DNA of 64,000 nt, taken from assembly GCA_964247055.1 (NCBI GenBank), contig OZ176054.1, forward strand, positions 5,022,001-5,086,000, read 5' to 3'. Position 1 is the first letter of the stretch; each line of letters starts with the position of its first letter. This document shows positions 11,431 to 23,371 of the stretch, in pieces. Both the position numbers and the translations under genes were made by a program. This stretch comes from Paragordius varius (taxonomy: Eukaryota; Animalia; Nematomorpha). The notes beneath the pieces were generated by a model that searched no databases, had not been told where the DNA came from, and saw only the letters and a program-made list of their open reading frames with translations.

Positions 11431-14368
11431 TTTTTAACGGTTTTTCTCCACTGATAAAATGAATACTAAAATCATGCACCCAAGGCGCAAAATCAATATG
11501 CCTACCGAATGATAAAAAAATCTATAGTTTTTCATGGACTCAGCTTTTGTGTGCTTGTCGTTTTATTCAGGTAATCAAAATGGCGTCTGTGTCAAATTAA
11601 TCGACTGTATACTTTTCGCAGAAGTCTTTTTTGCTTATTAGGCAATGAATTACACTGAACTTGGTAAAATAAGTGTTGGACCCATAAAATTATAATTTTG
11701 TTTTTATAATAATTTACAATAACACATATTTCTTATTTAAATTGGGTAGGTATATTATAGTTATTGTATAAATTAATTGATAATATCGCTATTATTTTAA
11801 GAGAGTACAGTAGCATATGCTGTTGTTAAAATACTTTTTAAAAATGATGTACCATCAAAAAATATATACTAAAATTTTCAATATATAGCCTATTTTTGCC
11901 GTATATTTTACTCTTAGTATCTCTAGTTGGGAACGATAAACTCGTCCTAGCTCAAACATTTATAAATGGTGTTGTATTTAACAGGGGTTGGGCCCACGCC
12001 CAGCGCCCAATTAAAAAATTTAGCCTTAAATTTTTGCTTTTGTGTAGGTAATATCTCAAACCCCTACTGAATCCATGTGGTAGAGTTATTAAAAAACGTG
12101 CCTCTGAGCCAAATTTAATTTCCACATGGTGGCAAATCGTAAATTTTGGGTCAGCGGCTATTTTAAAAGGTGTTCGACCATAATTTATATTCTTTATATG
12201 GATATTTACTAAATTTTGGGAAAAATTGCTATGAAGCCAAAGCGGTTTAAATTCCAGAAATAGGATTGAGCACATTAGCAAATCTTATACAATATAGAAA
12301 CAATTGACGGTAGTATGTAACAATTATATTTAGTATGTTGATATTTTATTTATATTACACGCTATGTATAAATTGTTTAATTTAGCCATGCTAAAAACTT
12401 GAGTTTTTTAATAAATAATTAAATTATATTTTAGACATAAAAACCCAAAACAAGCATTAATAGCTTTGTTAAAGTCAGTAAGAAAAACTGAAAATTTTAA
12501 AAATGATTATATAACAGGAAAATCTTAAACTTGATTATGGAACGGCTCATCATTTTGAATACTCTCTCCACCTGTGTAGTTTAAAATGGTGCCAATGTTC
12601 ATTATTTCGTTTAAACTGCAGCCCTCGAAAAGATTTTTACGGTCTACAAGAAATTGAAGAAGAAAATTTCAAATATTTTTATTTTAAGCAAAATAACTGG
12701 TAAAATTATAAAAAATATAATATTTACTTAGATATATTTAGAATTATATATATTTCTTTTATCACCATGTAAAGCAAAATTTACATTTTAAGCCGTTGAA
12801 AACTTATATACCACTTATTACTCTTGAATTTGATTACATAAAGTACTATGAGTTTTTAGGGGAAATATTTTTAATTCCTTATTTTTATATAACCGTAAAG
12901 AGACAAAATTTAATTCTTTGAGACAGAGGAATAGCTTCTTGATTTTTTAAAAAAGTAGCATAAATCCAAATATATTTTTCCAAATTTTGCCAAAATTATA
13001 AACAAAAATTATTACAAGATATATAATGGTCGTAAATTTAGTTACAATATCATAAAAATATTAAGATATTTATTGATGTCTTTGTTATATGCCCACCAGT
13101 GTTTTGATCTAGAAATGCGGCCTCCGAAACCTCTTCAGTAACTAAGATTAAATTAAATTAATCAGCTAATTTCATATGCCAAATTCATGAAAGAAATTCC
13201 AAGCTTCTGAGAATAAAAATTATTAAATGTTATCTTTGCGATTAAAATAAAGTGTGAATAGATAAAATAAATTATTCTTTTGTCGGAAACTCCATAATTT
13301 ATTGAAGACTTTCCATTTGATGAGATGCTGTTTGTATGTTTTATTAGTATGAAATTATAAATCACACATTTTAAATATACCCCAAGATATAAAGAATAAA
13401 AAAGCCATAAATTTAATTAATTAAGCAAATTTAGGTTTTAAACTGATGCAACTCCCATTTTTGTTATTGTCTTTATCTTCCAATGAATTACCGTAAAAGA
13501 CCAGAAGATTGTTCAACTTGACGTATTTTTCATATTGAGGATATGTAACGTGCAATTCATACGAATTTTTTTCCATGATTCCTTCCAAAGTGAAATTATA
13601 AATTCTTTCAGGAGCCGAAATCTATATAAGTAATAAAAATTATTTATTTATTCTGTTTTTTAGTGATGTCCTCATTCCGCAGCCACATGCGGCCCATTCA
13701 AATTTGGAACATTCCCAAATAAATTGTTCGCAAAAATATTACTTTTCGTAATATAAATATAAAAAAATTATTTCCAAATTAATTTTGGCAACAAACTAGC
13801 AAAAATTGATGAAATAAATTATTTTTCAATTCACGCGTAATTTATATATATAGTTAGTTTGTTATCTATCTAATAAAATCTTGATCAATGCCCGTGGGAT
13901 TTTGAAAATGCGGCATGGGAAGGCAATTTTGTGCAACCCTATTCCATTTACTAGAACATTTCATAATCTCGAAAAGGTGACAAATTATGTTGAAAAAAAG
14001 GACTTACATTACGCTTCTCATATTCTATATTGGCTCGATCAACGAATATCAATTGGGCTTGAGTGAATAGCAAGGTAATCTCTATAGTTTTGCAATCCAA
14101 AATCTTGAATTCAGCATCGTTTTCGGAGTGATTTGAAACGACTAAAACATATAAATGTTAACATATACATAAGAGATGTAATTGTAACAAAAAATGTTTT
14201 CTTACTGAAAGAACCAATTAACTGCGAAGAGCCATATTTCACTATCACATTATTTGTTATTGTATTTAGGGTTAAGAATGTAATATAACTGTCATTAGTC
14301 TAATATTATAAAAATTATATATATATATATATTTATATATAATAATCGGTCATATAGCACATATATCA

Positions 14369-14472
14369 TTTTTCAGTCAGCAACACTTTTTCGATTCAAC
14401 GCAAAATTTTTCATCCAAACGGATTCCGTTTGCTTGCAAAAATGTTGCGTTAATGTTGCTTTTTACTGAAAA
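14369..14472. repeat. ~100-bp imperfect hairpin in an X1 intron (copy at 45197-45300)
   Basis: Nested pairings ttttcagt/actgaaaa, agcaaca/tgttgct, aacgcaaaatttt/aaaatgttgcgtt and aaacgga/tccgttt. Confidence 0.7.
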
Positions 14473-14994
14473 TTAGGATATTATAAAAATTTATCACTCC
14501 AATTTTTGATTATGCTCTATTATCTATAATTGGAAAAAATGTTTTTTTCGAAGGTGTGGTTGTTTATAAATTAATATACGTAAACTCCTCATAATTGAAA
14601 TAAAAAAATTAATCTCAAAAAAATCATATTTTTTCAAATGTTTAAACAAATATAGGCATTCATTACTACTTTATTACCATTGTTTTTTTAAAATTGGGGT
14701 GTTATGTCAGGAGCTAGCTTAATTTGTTACAAAAAGAAGTTTTATTTTGGCAAAATAATTTGCAAAATATTGAATAAAAAAAGGTTTTAATTTTTAACAG
14801 TTACGTAATTTATACGGTTTAAAGGTTAGCTTAAAATCTATTAAAACAAAGCCATGAATCCAAAATCAATTGTCAAATGCTATATAATGTATTAGTTAAT
14901 AAAATATATTTTAACCATAATTTTTTTATAGTATTAATTAATAAATCCAGAAAAATTACGACAAAAAGGTGATGAGGTTTTTTTCCTTTTAAAT

Positions 14995-15032
14995 TGAACC
15001 GGAACAAAAAACGGTACCGGTTCCAATCCCTG
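14995..15032. mobile_element. Orphan right end of a CAGGG(A/C)TTGGAACC-type hAT element (copy ends at 45860)
   Basis: gaaccggaac...accggttccaatccctg is the reverse complement of the family end seen at 24767. Confidence 0.6.
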
Positions 15033-16315
15033 GTTAAAATGAATACAATACTTGTTTCTTAATGTTGTTGTAATTGAATCTATTATTGATTTCTACATGG
15101 TAGGTGGTATTACAGGATGGCCAAAACAAAAAAATTTCAGAGACATCTGAATCGTTAGGTCTACTTGTGAAGCGCATTCTCTGCAGTTGCTTGTTAAAAT
15201 TTATCCTACCGCAAACATCTTAATATTAAAATATAAAGGCACCATACCTTTGACATCATCCTCAAAATATAACATATAAAATGAATCCCAGAGACTACAT
15301 TTATTTGGCTTATGTTCATTGGGAGCGTATATATCCTCCCCTACATTTGGGGAATATTTTCGGGCTAAATCTGTTAGGGCGATGCTAGAAACGCTTTCGT
15401 GTTCAGCAATGTTGAATTTGTCTATTGATACTTTAGTTTTATTTGGGTGGTGAAATGAATTGTATTTATCCAAATGTATAATTATTGTGAATGCGCGTAT
15501 TCCCAAATCATACACCACTTTCAAAATACCATTCAGATCAGATTTCCTAATATCAATTTCACGGATCTATGAAAATACATATTCAATATTTTTAGCTTTT
15601 ATTGTTATTGTATACGGCGCTTAAACTTATGATATAAAAATATATTATATATATAATGTTAATCTTACATTTGTCCAAGTCTTATTATGATTTTTCGATA
15701 CATATTCCACTTGAATGTTAGTATCTGGAATCATTTGCAAAGAAATATTTACACCTTGACATTGGTTATTTTCAGTTATTTCTTTCATCTTAAGCATATT
15801 ATTTTGATAGGCATGGAAGGTTCCTTTAGATATACAAATATTAATTAAATTCCCCCTGTAACCCTTTGATTCCACTCTTTAACTTAACATTTAAAATTCC
15901 CCTTTTCAACACATCTAATACACCTGTCAACATTTCATTAATTTTATTGAAAATTCTGATAATATATTATTTTTATATTAGCTAACCATTTTATGTGTTT
16001 TTCTAATCTGAAAATTACAAATACTAAATTTACTTTCCTAAATATAGCGCACCATGATGTATGATTTTTTACGATTTTATATATACCATTTACAATTTGA
16101 ATTCCTAAAAATAAATTATGTGTTTTGAAGTCAGAATTCGCAGAAATATGCTCATAACATCTTAGCGAAATAATACTCATTATTAATATATAAAATATCT
16201 TTATGGCATATATTATTATTTTAATAATATTCTAATTTTGAACAAAATATCATTTTTAAAAATAAAAAAAAAGGTAATTTTTAATCCTGAAAAACATAAT
16301 TCATTTTAGGGGGAA

Positions 16316-16392
16316 TTCGAATCGTTCGAGGGTGATTTTGATTTGTTCGAGGGTGAATTTGAATTGTTCAATGGTCAATTTGAATGTAAATA
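16316..16392. repeat. Diverged 21-bp tandem repeat related to the 3766-4409 element (copy at 47144-47220)
   Basis: Units ttcgaatcgttcgagggtgat / tttgatttgttcgagggtgaa / tttgaattgttcaatggtcaa, then tttgaatgtaaat, resembling cttgaactgttcaaggaccaa...ttgaagtgcaaat. Confidence 0.55.
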
Positions 16393-16895
16393 ATATATGG
16401 CCCGCTAGTATATATATCATATTAGTTTGTGTTAAAAGCTCTTACAATGACCCAAAAAATAATTGAAAGAAAAATTAATTATCGGTTAATTATATTTATT
16501 TATACTATAGAATAAAAATAATAATTTGTGAATTGCGAAAAAAGTGAACGTTCTTACAGCAAAAAAGGGTGAGCGAATATTAAGCTATTATTTGGTACTG
16601 TAAATTCCAGGCATTTAAAATACCTATTTTACATAATTAAACTATTTAAAATGGAAGAGATTAAAGTTAATAAATCATGCCTATATTTTTCTTCAAATAA
16701 AATCAAAAGACAAATACATTTCTTTATTTTTAGTAGGGTGTATTTAAATGTTTCAAGGTGAATGCAAAATTGGATTGTTTAATGTGAATAAGGGATTAAA
16801 TTCAAAATTTTGAAATAAGCGTTTAAAATTCGAACGTTAAAAATTTGTTCCGAATCGATATAAATTTAGCTAATCAACAATTTTATGTGTAATAC

Positions 16896-17054
16896 CTAAT
16901 CTATTTTTTTTCGAAAAAATTCCAGCTTGTTCGATCCCCACATCATACACTGTGTTAATTTGTAAATCAATAAAGGCTACGTTTCCTTGCCACTGCATGT
17001 CAATATAATAAATCATATTATGGCATAAATTATCAGTACTTATCGCAAACATTT
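16896..17054 (-). other. Isolated decayed exon with a fibronectin type III-like motif (copy at 47724-47882)
   Basis: WQGNVAFIDLQINTVYDVGIEQ resembles the FN3 L-x-P/x-T-x-Y-x-V strand motif. Donor TTAG|GTATT at 16895. Confidence 0.3.
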
Positions 17055-17151
17055 AGCTAAATAAATTTTTTTTATGAAAGCAAATTACTTGATACCAAAT
17101 AAATAACTATGAAAAGAAAGACAATATTTTCATAAGTATATATAAACTTCA

Positions 17152-17830
17152 GCCGTGGGCTTAAAAAGTCTCATATATATTTGGACCCGTCTAAAATGGC
17201 CAATTCACTTAACCTAAAAATGATTAAATAATGCCGGTATTTCCGGATAAAATATAATTGCCAAATTTCCCGAATAAAATATTATTAAAAATAGACATTT
17301 TGCTTGAAAATTTAATTTATAGAAAAATTTTGGTAAAGGGACTTATTTTAAAACATGGTGAAAACGGTATCAAAAAACTATAAAATGATATATAAACGCT
17401 TTTTTGATAGAGCAAAACATTTTAATACCTCAAAATTAAAATCTTAAGCAATAACGCTCAAACCCAGGTTCGTTTGATTTGGTTAAATTTTTATGTAAAA
17501 ACAATTAATATATAACATAAATTTTAAGACGAAAGAATATAAAGTTTTGAAGGAATAAATGTTCAGCAACAGCGAGTTATATATAACGAGTGTTTTTATA
17601 AGATTTTAAGGTGTTTTTATACCGTTTTCATCATGCCTCAAATAGTATGGAATACATTTCATCAAAATTTTGGTAAAAATTTAATTTTTAAACATAGTAT
17701 GCATTTTACAAAAAATATATTTTTTGATGCTATAATTTTGCATTTAATCGCCTCTTGGCATTTTTGTGTTTATTTTAAGATAAGACCCATTTAAGAAGGC
17801 CAGAAAAATTTGGGACATTTGGAGTCCACA
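17152..17830. mobile_element. Degenerate long-inverted-repeat element (copy at 47980-48658)
   Basis: catggtgaaaacggtatcaaaaaac (~17355) pairs with gtttttataccgttttcatcatg (~17615). Outer arms gtgggcttaaaaagtctca versus tgggacatttggagtccac. Confidence 0.5.
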
Positions 17831-19121
17831 TCTAATATCTCATATGGCTCGTAAGGCTAAAATTCAACAGTTAGTAATCCTAATACATTTATCTTTAGAA
17901 ATATATATAATTTATGAGGATATTTATTAGATATGTTATGTTTTTCAATATTTTTCTGGAGTTAAAGTTTTGCATAACCAAGGTTGAAGAATATTTACTA
18001 TGCGGGATTTATCTGAAAGTATCATATAATTTATATGTCCTACAATAGAAATATGCCTGAATTTAGATTTTTGACAGATTGCATTTTAATTTTAAATACT
18101 AGGAAAATATTACTTTAGTCTAACAGATTATGGTCATTTGGTGCTATTTTTGGAGGTGTCAGCAAGTTTAAACAAAATATAGAGATGGTTTTTACCAAAT
18201 ACAAAAAAAACGCTACATAGGCACACATTATGTCAAATTTTTGGATTAAAAAAAATATTTATAATGTTAATTAATTAAAAACAAAACAAGTGGATTTTAT
18301 TAGAATTTTTATGCATGCTAACATTTATATTCGTAATTTTTTGCTAAGCAGCGATCCTGTCATTAAAATTAAAGTAAAAACCAAGGTTTTTTTGGTGAAA
18401 ATTTCAAATATGTTTTAAATTAAGTTGAGAATTGGTTTTACTAAAAACTTAAATCGCATTCTAGAAATTTGCGACATTTTAAGGAACTAGGATTTTCATC
18501 GAAATTTCTATCCGTTAAATATAATAAAATTATAGAATCTGTTGCAAGACCCTTGAGTTTTCAATTCAAAAAATTTGCAAAAATGCCAATTATTTATTTT
18601 CGATGCTCACTATCAAATTAGATAGGAAACTCATGTGTTTAATATTCAGGCTGTTTAATACAACTTTGGTGGGGAAAGTTGAGGTTTTTCGAAACTTTAG
18701 ATAAGTGCTCGATTTTACGAATTAGCTTTCAAAAATTGCTTAACACTTCTTGACCTTTTCGAGTACGTTTTAGGGCCAAAATATTTTTAAAATATTTATA
18801 GCATTGGGCCAAATTTAAAAATATGCTTTAGGCACATGAGACAAAAAATTTTTTTAATTAAAATTGTAAAAGTTTTTAGACTTTTTCGCCGCCATTTTTT
18901 TCTTTAATTTATAGATCATGAATACTTTGACTCCCAATTTAGTTCCATTTTTTTGCATGAAGCCAAATGTGATACCCAATGATTCCCAAATACATTTTTA
19001 ACTCCTTTGCTATTATAATATACTTAAAGCAATGTGCCGTTTTCCTTAACCATTTCTAAACACGCTTTCTTAAGCCTTATACATTTTTGAATAACGTTAA
19101 GATCAAAAGATAAAAAATCAC

Positions 19122-22100
19122 CTCGTAAACTGAAGTGTCGTATGTTGCTCCGTATTCTAGTTTCATGCTTTTAACAGTTAAATTAGGTTTGGTGTAGGAA
19201 GGTTCCGCGTTCAAAATAATTAGGGCTCGATCATTTAGTAATTTGAAAGTTTGAAACATGGTATTTTCTGCTCACATAAACAGATATTTAAATGGTAAAA
19301 TTTTTTTAAAACATATTCTTTATACTATACAACCCAAATTTAGGCTATAATTTAATAGTTTACCATATATTCGTTCAAATGTTTGAACGATTTTTTTATC
19401 TATATCAGCAATTTGGACCTGAATTCTGAATGTACCAGCATATGGAAATCGAAATGTCACATTATCTGAATATATCTATGTAAAATATCCAATAATATAT
19501 ATATATATATACACTGTGTGCAAAAAAATTTTTAACGAAAATTATTTTTTTCATGAGATAGCTTATGACCAGCGTATTCATTTGCCGCAAAAAATTTTAT
19601 TTGTAGACAACCTAGTTATTGAAATATTAAGAGAAAATCGAAATCGGGAAAAAAGTGAAAATTAAGGATAATCAAATAATAATGATAAAATTTGAAATAT
19701 TTTGGTTTATTATTATTTAAGGGGATATATTCAATATATAAATAGCCTAAAATCATATCGTTATGGTTTTTATAAATTTCAGGTCAAAAGATGGCGTTTT
19801 TCTTTTGTCACACTTAAAAGTCAAAATAAATTTAATGGAACTATATTAAAATAATTTTTTAATTATTTACTACCTATACTCACTATTAAAATCTTAACAT
19901 ATATATTTCATTCAGTAAAATAAACTTCTATATCAAAACCAAAAATATTTTTTATTTTTGCATTTTTTTGTCATCTGGTTGAGTGTATAAAAAATTTATT
20001 CTGTTTTATTTTGGATTCTCGCATGATTAGGAAATATTAAGTATAATTTATGCACAGGATTGAAAATTAGTGGATCAACCAACAATCCGTACAAATCCCA
20101 ATACAAATATTAATTTGTCATATAACAGACTTGTTACAGGAAATCGTAAGGATTTTTTGGTTGATTGAATAAATTATATACTTAATAATTCCTAATCATG
20201 TGAGAATTACAAAATAAAACAGTATAAATTTTTTATACAATCATAAACCAGATGAAAAAAATGCAAAAATAAATAACAATATTTTTGGTTTTATTTGGAT
20301 ATAGAAGTTTATTTTACTGAATAAAATATGATTGAATAGTGAGTTTAGGAAGTAATAATTTAAAAAAAATATTTTTTTTTAGTTCATTAAATTTATTTTG
20401 AATTTTAAGTGTGACAAAAAAACGCCATCTTTTGCCCTGAAATTTTATAGAAACCCTAACTATATGATTTTAGGCTATTTATATATTAAAAATATCTCCT
20501 ATGATAATAAACTATAATTTGAATTATCCTTAATCACTTTTGGCCCGATTTCGATTTTCTCTCAATATATCAAAAACTAGGTTGAAATAAAAATTTTTGC
20601 GGCAAATGAATACACTGATCATAAGCTAACTCATAAAAAAAATTTTTCGTTAAATCAAAATGACCCTCTTTTTTGCACCAGTATGTATATATATATATAT
20701 ATATATCATTTCAGTCTCTTTTGACGCTTTTATATTTAGGGGATTAGGACTTAAATCTTTGGATCAGGACTTTTGAAGCTTTAACACTTGCTTGTCCAGG
20801 GACAGTAATGATAGAAAATTAGCATAATTCACATAATGTAAGATTCCGGCGCCTTACTTACTCTACCATTTCACCTTTTTATTAAAAATACAAATTATAC
20901 TTCAAAGGGTATTTAACTGAATTTGCTAGAAACTAAAAAGAGAATCAAACCTCATCGAACATGATGTTAGAATTCGTTTCATCCCTAATAGTCCATATAC
21001 AGTATTCTAAATAGCCCGCTGGACAGATTAATGTTTTGAGATTTGGATTATCAATATCATGGACAACGCATATGCTTTGATTGACTAAAAATAAACAAGA
21101 TATCGTTAATACATTTGCCTAGATACTAAACTTTTGCGCAAGCTTACAAAAACATAAATTATAATGTTAGTTAAACTACATAATTAATGTATTATTATAT
21201 AGCATTATATATAATATGTATAAACTTCAACAATACTTTACCATTGATATTCGTGTATGTGAGAATATTTCCTTTCTCTGCAAAATGGAATTCAACGGGT
21301 TTGGTTAGAACTCTGGTTTCAGTATTTGATTTCTAAAAATTAATATAATTATAAATAGTCATAACCAATTATAATTGATACTATATGGATAAACAAAAAT
21401 GCGACATTGTCTAGTCGTATGGAGAAAAACTAAATTAACTTTAAAGGGTCAAAATTACATTTTTTTGTTTACCAGTCTAAGATGCCCGAATTTAAATGGA
21501 TAAATATATAATATAAAATTTTACCATCGTTGTGGTTATTATCGGCTTTTCACCAAAAATGTGTTGTGTAAGGGTAAACCCGTCTTTCCATGTAATTGGA
21601 TGTGGTATCTACATTAAAAATTTGCGACACTTATTGGGTGAAAATATATTTATTATTAATCAATATAGTAAAATATGAATTTTACCGTAAAATGAATGTC
21701 GGTCGATGAATTATTTCCATTCATTTGTATGTCTAATTGAGGTTTATGTGCTAAGTAAATTAATATACTTTGTTAAAACAATCGTTTCCAATCTCGAAAA
21801 ATCGATGAACATGCTATTATAACCAGAGTTAGGTCTGACAGGATAAAATGCACTTCGTAACTGTGACTACTTACAAAACAGTCAAAATTATTGATCATGT
21901 ATGTATTATGTAGTTTCTAAAAAATTGAGGATTTTAACTTTTAATCAATTTTTATATATGATTAAAAGCGAATCGATGATTTCTATTTTCAACAACACGT
22001 TCCTTAGAAATGCATCTATAAGCTATGTTACCGGCAAAATATTATATTTATGAATATAAGTAGCTTCTTTAATAGCAAAAAATATTTTTTGCCGATTTAA

Positions 22101-23120
22101 ATTTCGATAACCCAAATATTTATGTTATAAATTTAATATGAAATTTTATAGACAAAGCATATATATTATATATATGCTAACTATATTTACATCATTATTT
22201 TGAGGGGATTTCTTAAACATGAAAATGGAAATAATTATAATACTGTTATCAATTCGTATTTAGATAAATAAAAATGACGGCTTTTAAAGCTAGTATTATG
22301 TCATTTTTTTCAATATACAATAAGTGAAATTTTACTGTAATGCATTTCATCGATGATAATCATTTTGGTATATTTTAAGCCAACTTGAATTTGGTATGTC
22401 ATCCCACTCGTTAAGTTGACAAGCACATCCGGCGAATATGCCTAGGTTATAAATTATGTCAAATATATCTTTATCAAAAAAACGCGCAAAAAAAGCCGAC
22501 ATAGGCTTTTGCTGGCAAAATAAATGAAAAAACGTTTTATTGACACAAATCGTATTTATATAAAAACTCACAAATTAAAGCCCATATTGAAATTTTTGAT
22601 TTTACGATCAAAATCACCACTGAAGTGAAATATTAGGCTTTTTAATAGTAATGAATTTGTTATAAAAATACCATAAAAACTTGGCTCGTGTTATGCAGCA
22701 AATTTCTAACCGTAACAATGTATAGTCGCTGACTTGGCATATTTTTAAATTTCTCGTCCTCGTAAGACTTTACGCGGACGTAGGTATCATGGTTTTTTTG
22801 GTGTATAATGGTTATGGGTGTTTTAAGTGCAGTAGTTTTATCCACATCTAAAAAATTTAGCCATTAACACACAAGATAATTTGTTTAATAAATTATTATG
22901 TTTTACCTCCAGAGCCGGGCGTCCCGCTAGCGGAAAACTGTAGTTAAAAAGAGTCATTTTAAAATACATTACATCATTAAATATAGACAAATTTAATTTA
23001 GTAAGGAGAAATTACATTATAATCTGAATCATCAACCAATTTCACTGTTGAAAATATAGCACCAAGAAGGCTTGCCGATAGAAAAGTTATAAACATAATA
23101 TTGAGCTCGTAAGAAATCAT
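19122..23120 (-). pseudogene. Gene X2, copy A (putative chimeric junction copy): signal peptide + unknown N-terminal region + CUB-like module
   Basis: Exons 23016-23120 (MISYELNIMFITFLSASLLGAIFSTV...), 22907-22937 and one starting at 22847 join in phase. Middle exons (~21690-22600) have frameshifts or stops. Exons 21525-21608, 21242-21332, 20951-21084, 19364-19475 and 19122-19267 give 189 stop-free codons including CPAGYLEYCIWTIRDE. Confidence 0.72.
19512..20685. mobile_element. ~1.17-kb foldback/MITE, almost fully palindromic, in an X2 intron (copy at 50340-51513)
   Basis: Ends ta|cactgtgtgcaaaaaa and ttttttgcaccagtatg|ta sit in TA tracts. Arms pair inward (attcatttgccgcaaaaaatt / aatttttgcggcaaatgaat; gaaatcgggaaaaaagtga / tcacttttggcccgatttc; caaccaacaatcc / ggattttttggttg) around a ~60-bp spacer. 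Confidence 0.85.
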
Positions 23121-23371
23121 TTTATTATACAAAAAAATTGTTAAAATAAAATAAAAAATTGATCAGACTTTATATGGGTTATAATATTATTGTTAAAATC
23201 GATTAAACATATATTTATTAACAAAACTGATGCAATAAAAATGGGCTGCTACGATATAACCTTTACAATTTGATACATATACGCATTTACGCCAGTATTT
23301 CTTGAAACTCAAACATATATTATCAAAATTATATTAAGCTAATTTACTTCTCAGTTATAATATTGTTATAA

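Larger units (their letters stand above)
11952..16250 (-). pseudogene. Gene X1, copy A: multi-exon, probably secreted protein with a C-terminal CUB-like module; 5' half disrupted
   Basis: Phase-compatible, stop-free chain 14206-14241, 14008-14141, 13492-13621, 12572-12643 (weak donor) and 11952-12283. Upstream exons at ~14680-14880, ~15050-15566 and 15670-16250 carry stops or frameshifts. Hydrophobic start IFYILIMSIISLRC. Confidence 0.6.
1..22110 (+). repeat. Tandem segmental duplication, copy A (starts upstream of the window)
   Basis: Position 1 (aaaatcattttaatgtagg) recurs at 30829. Every ORF from 1328 to 19259 recurs with identical translation at +30828. First differences seen: (TA)n length near 20690 (offset becomes 30830), aa/tg at 21182-21183, c/t at 22016, then frequent substitutions and indels from ~22110. 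Confidence 0.97.

Noticed and set aside
13162-13365. ORF as an exon of X1
   Set aside because: Its acceptor phase is incompatible with the 13492 donor, while 13492 joins cleanly to 12643. Left unassigned.
22905-22940. GC-rich island as a structured ncRNA or tRNA fragment
   Set aside because: Explained as the 31-nt coding microexon FSASGTPGSG of gene X2.
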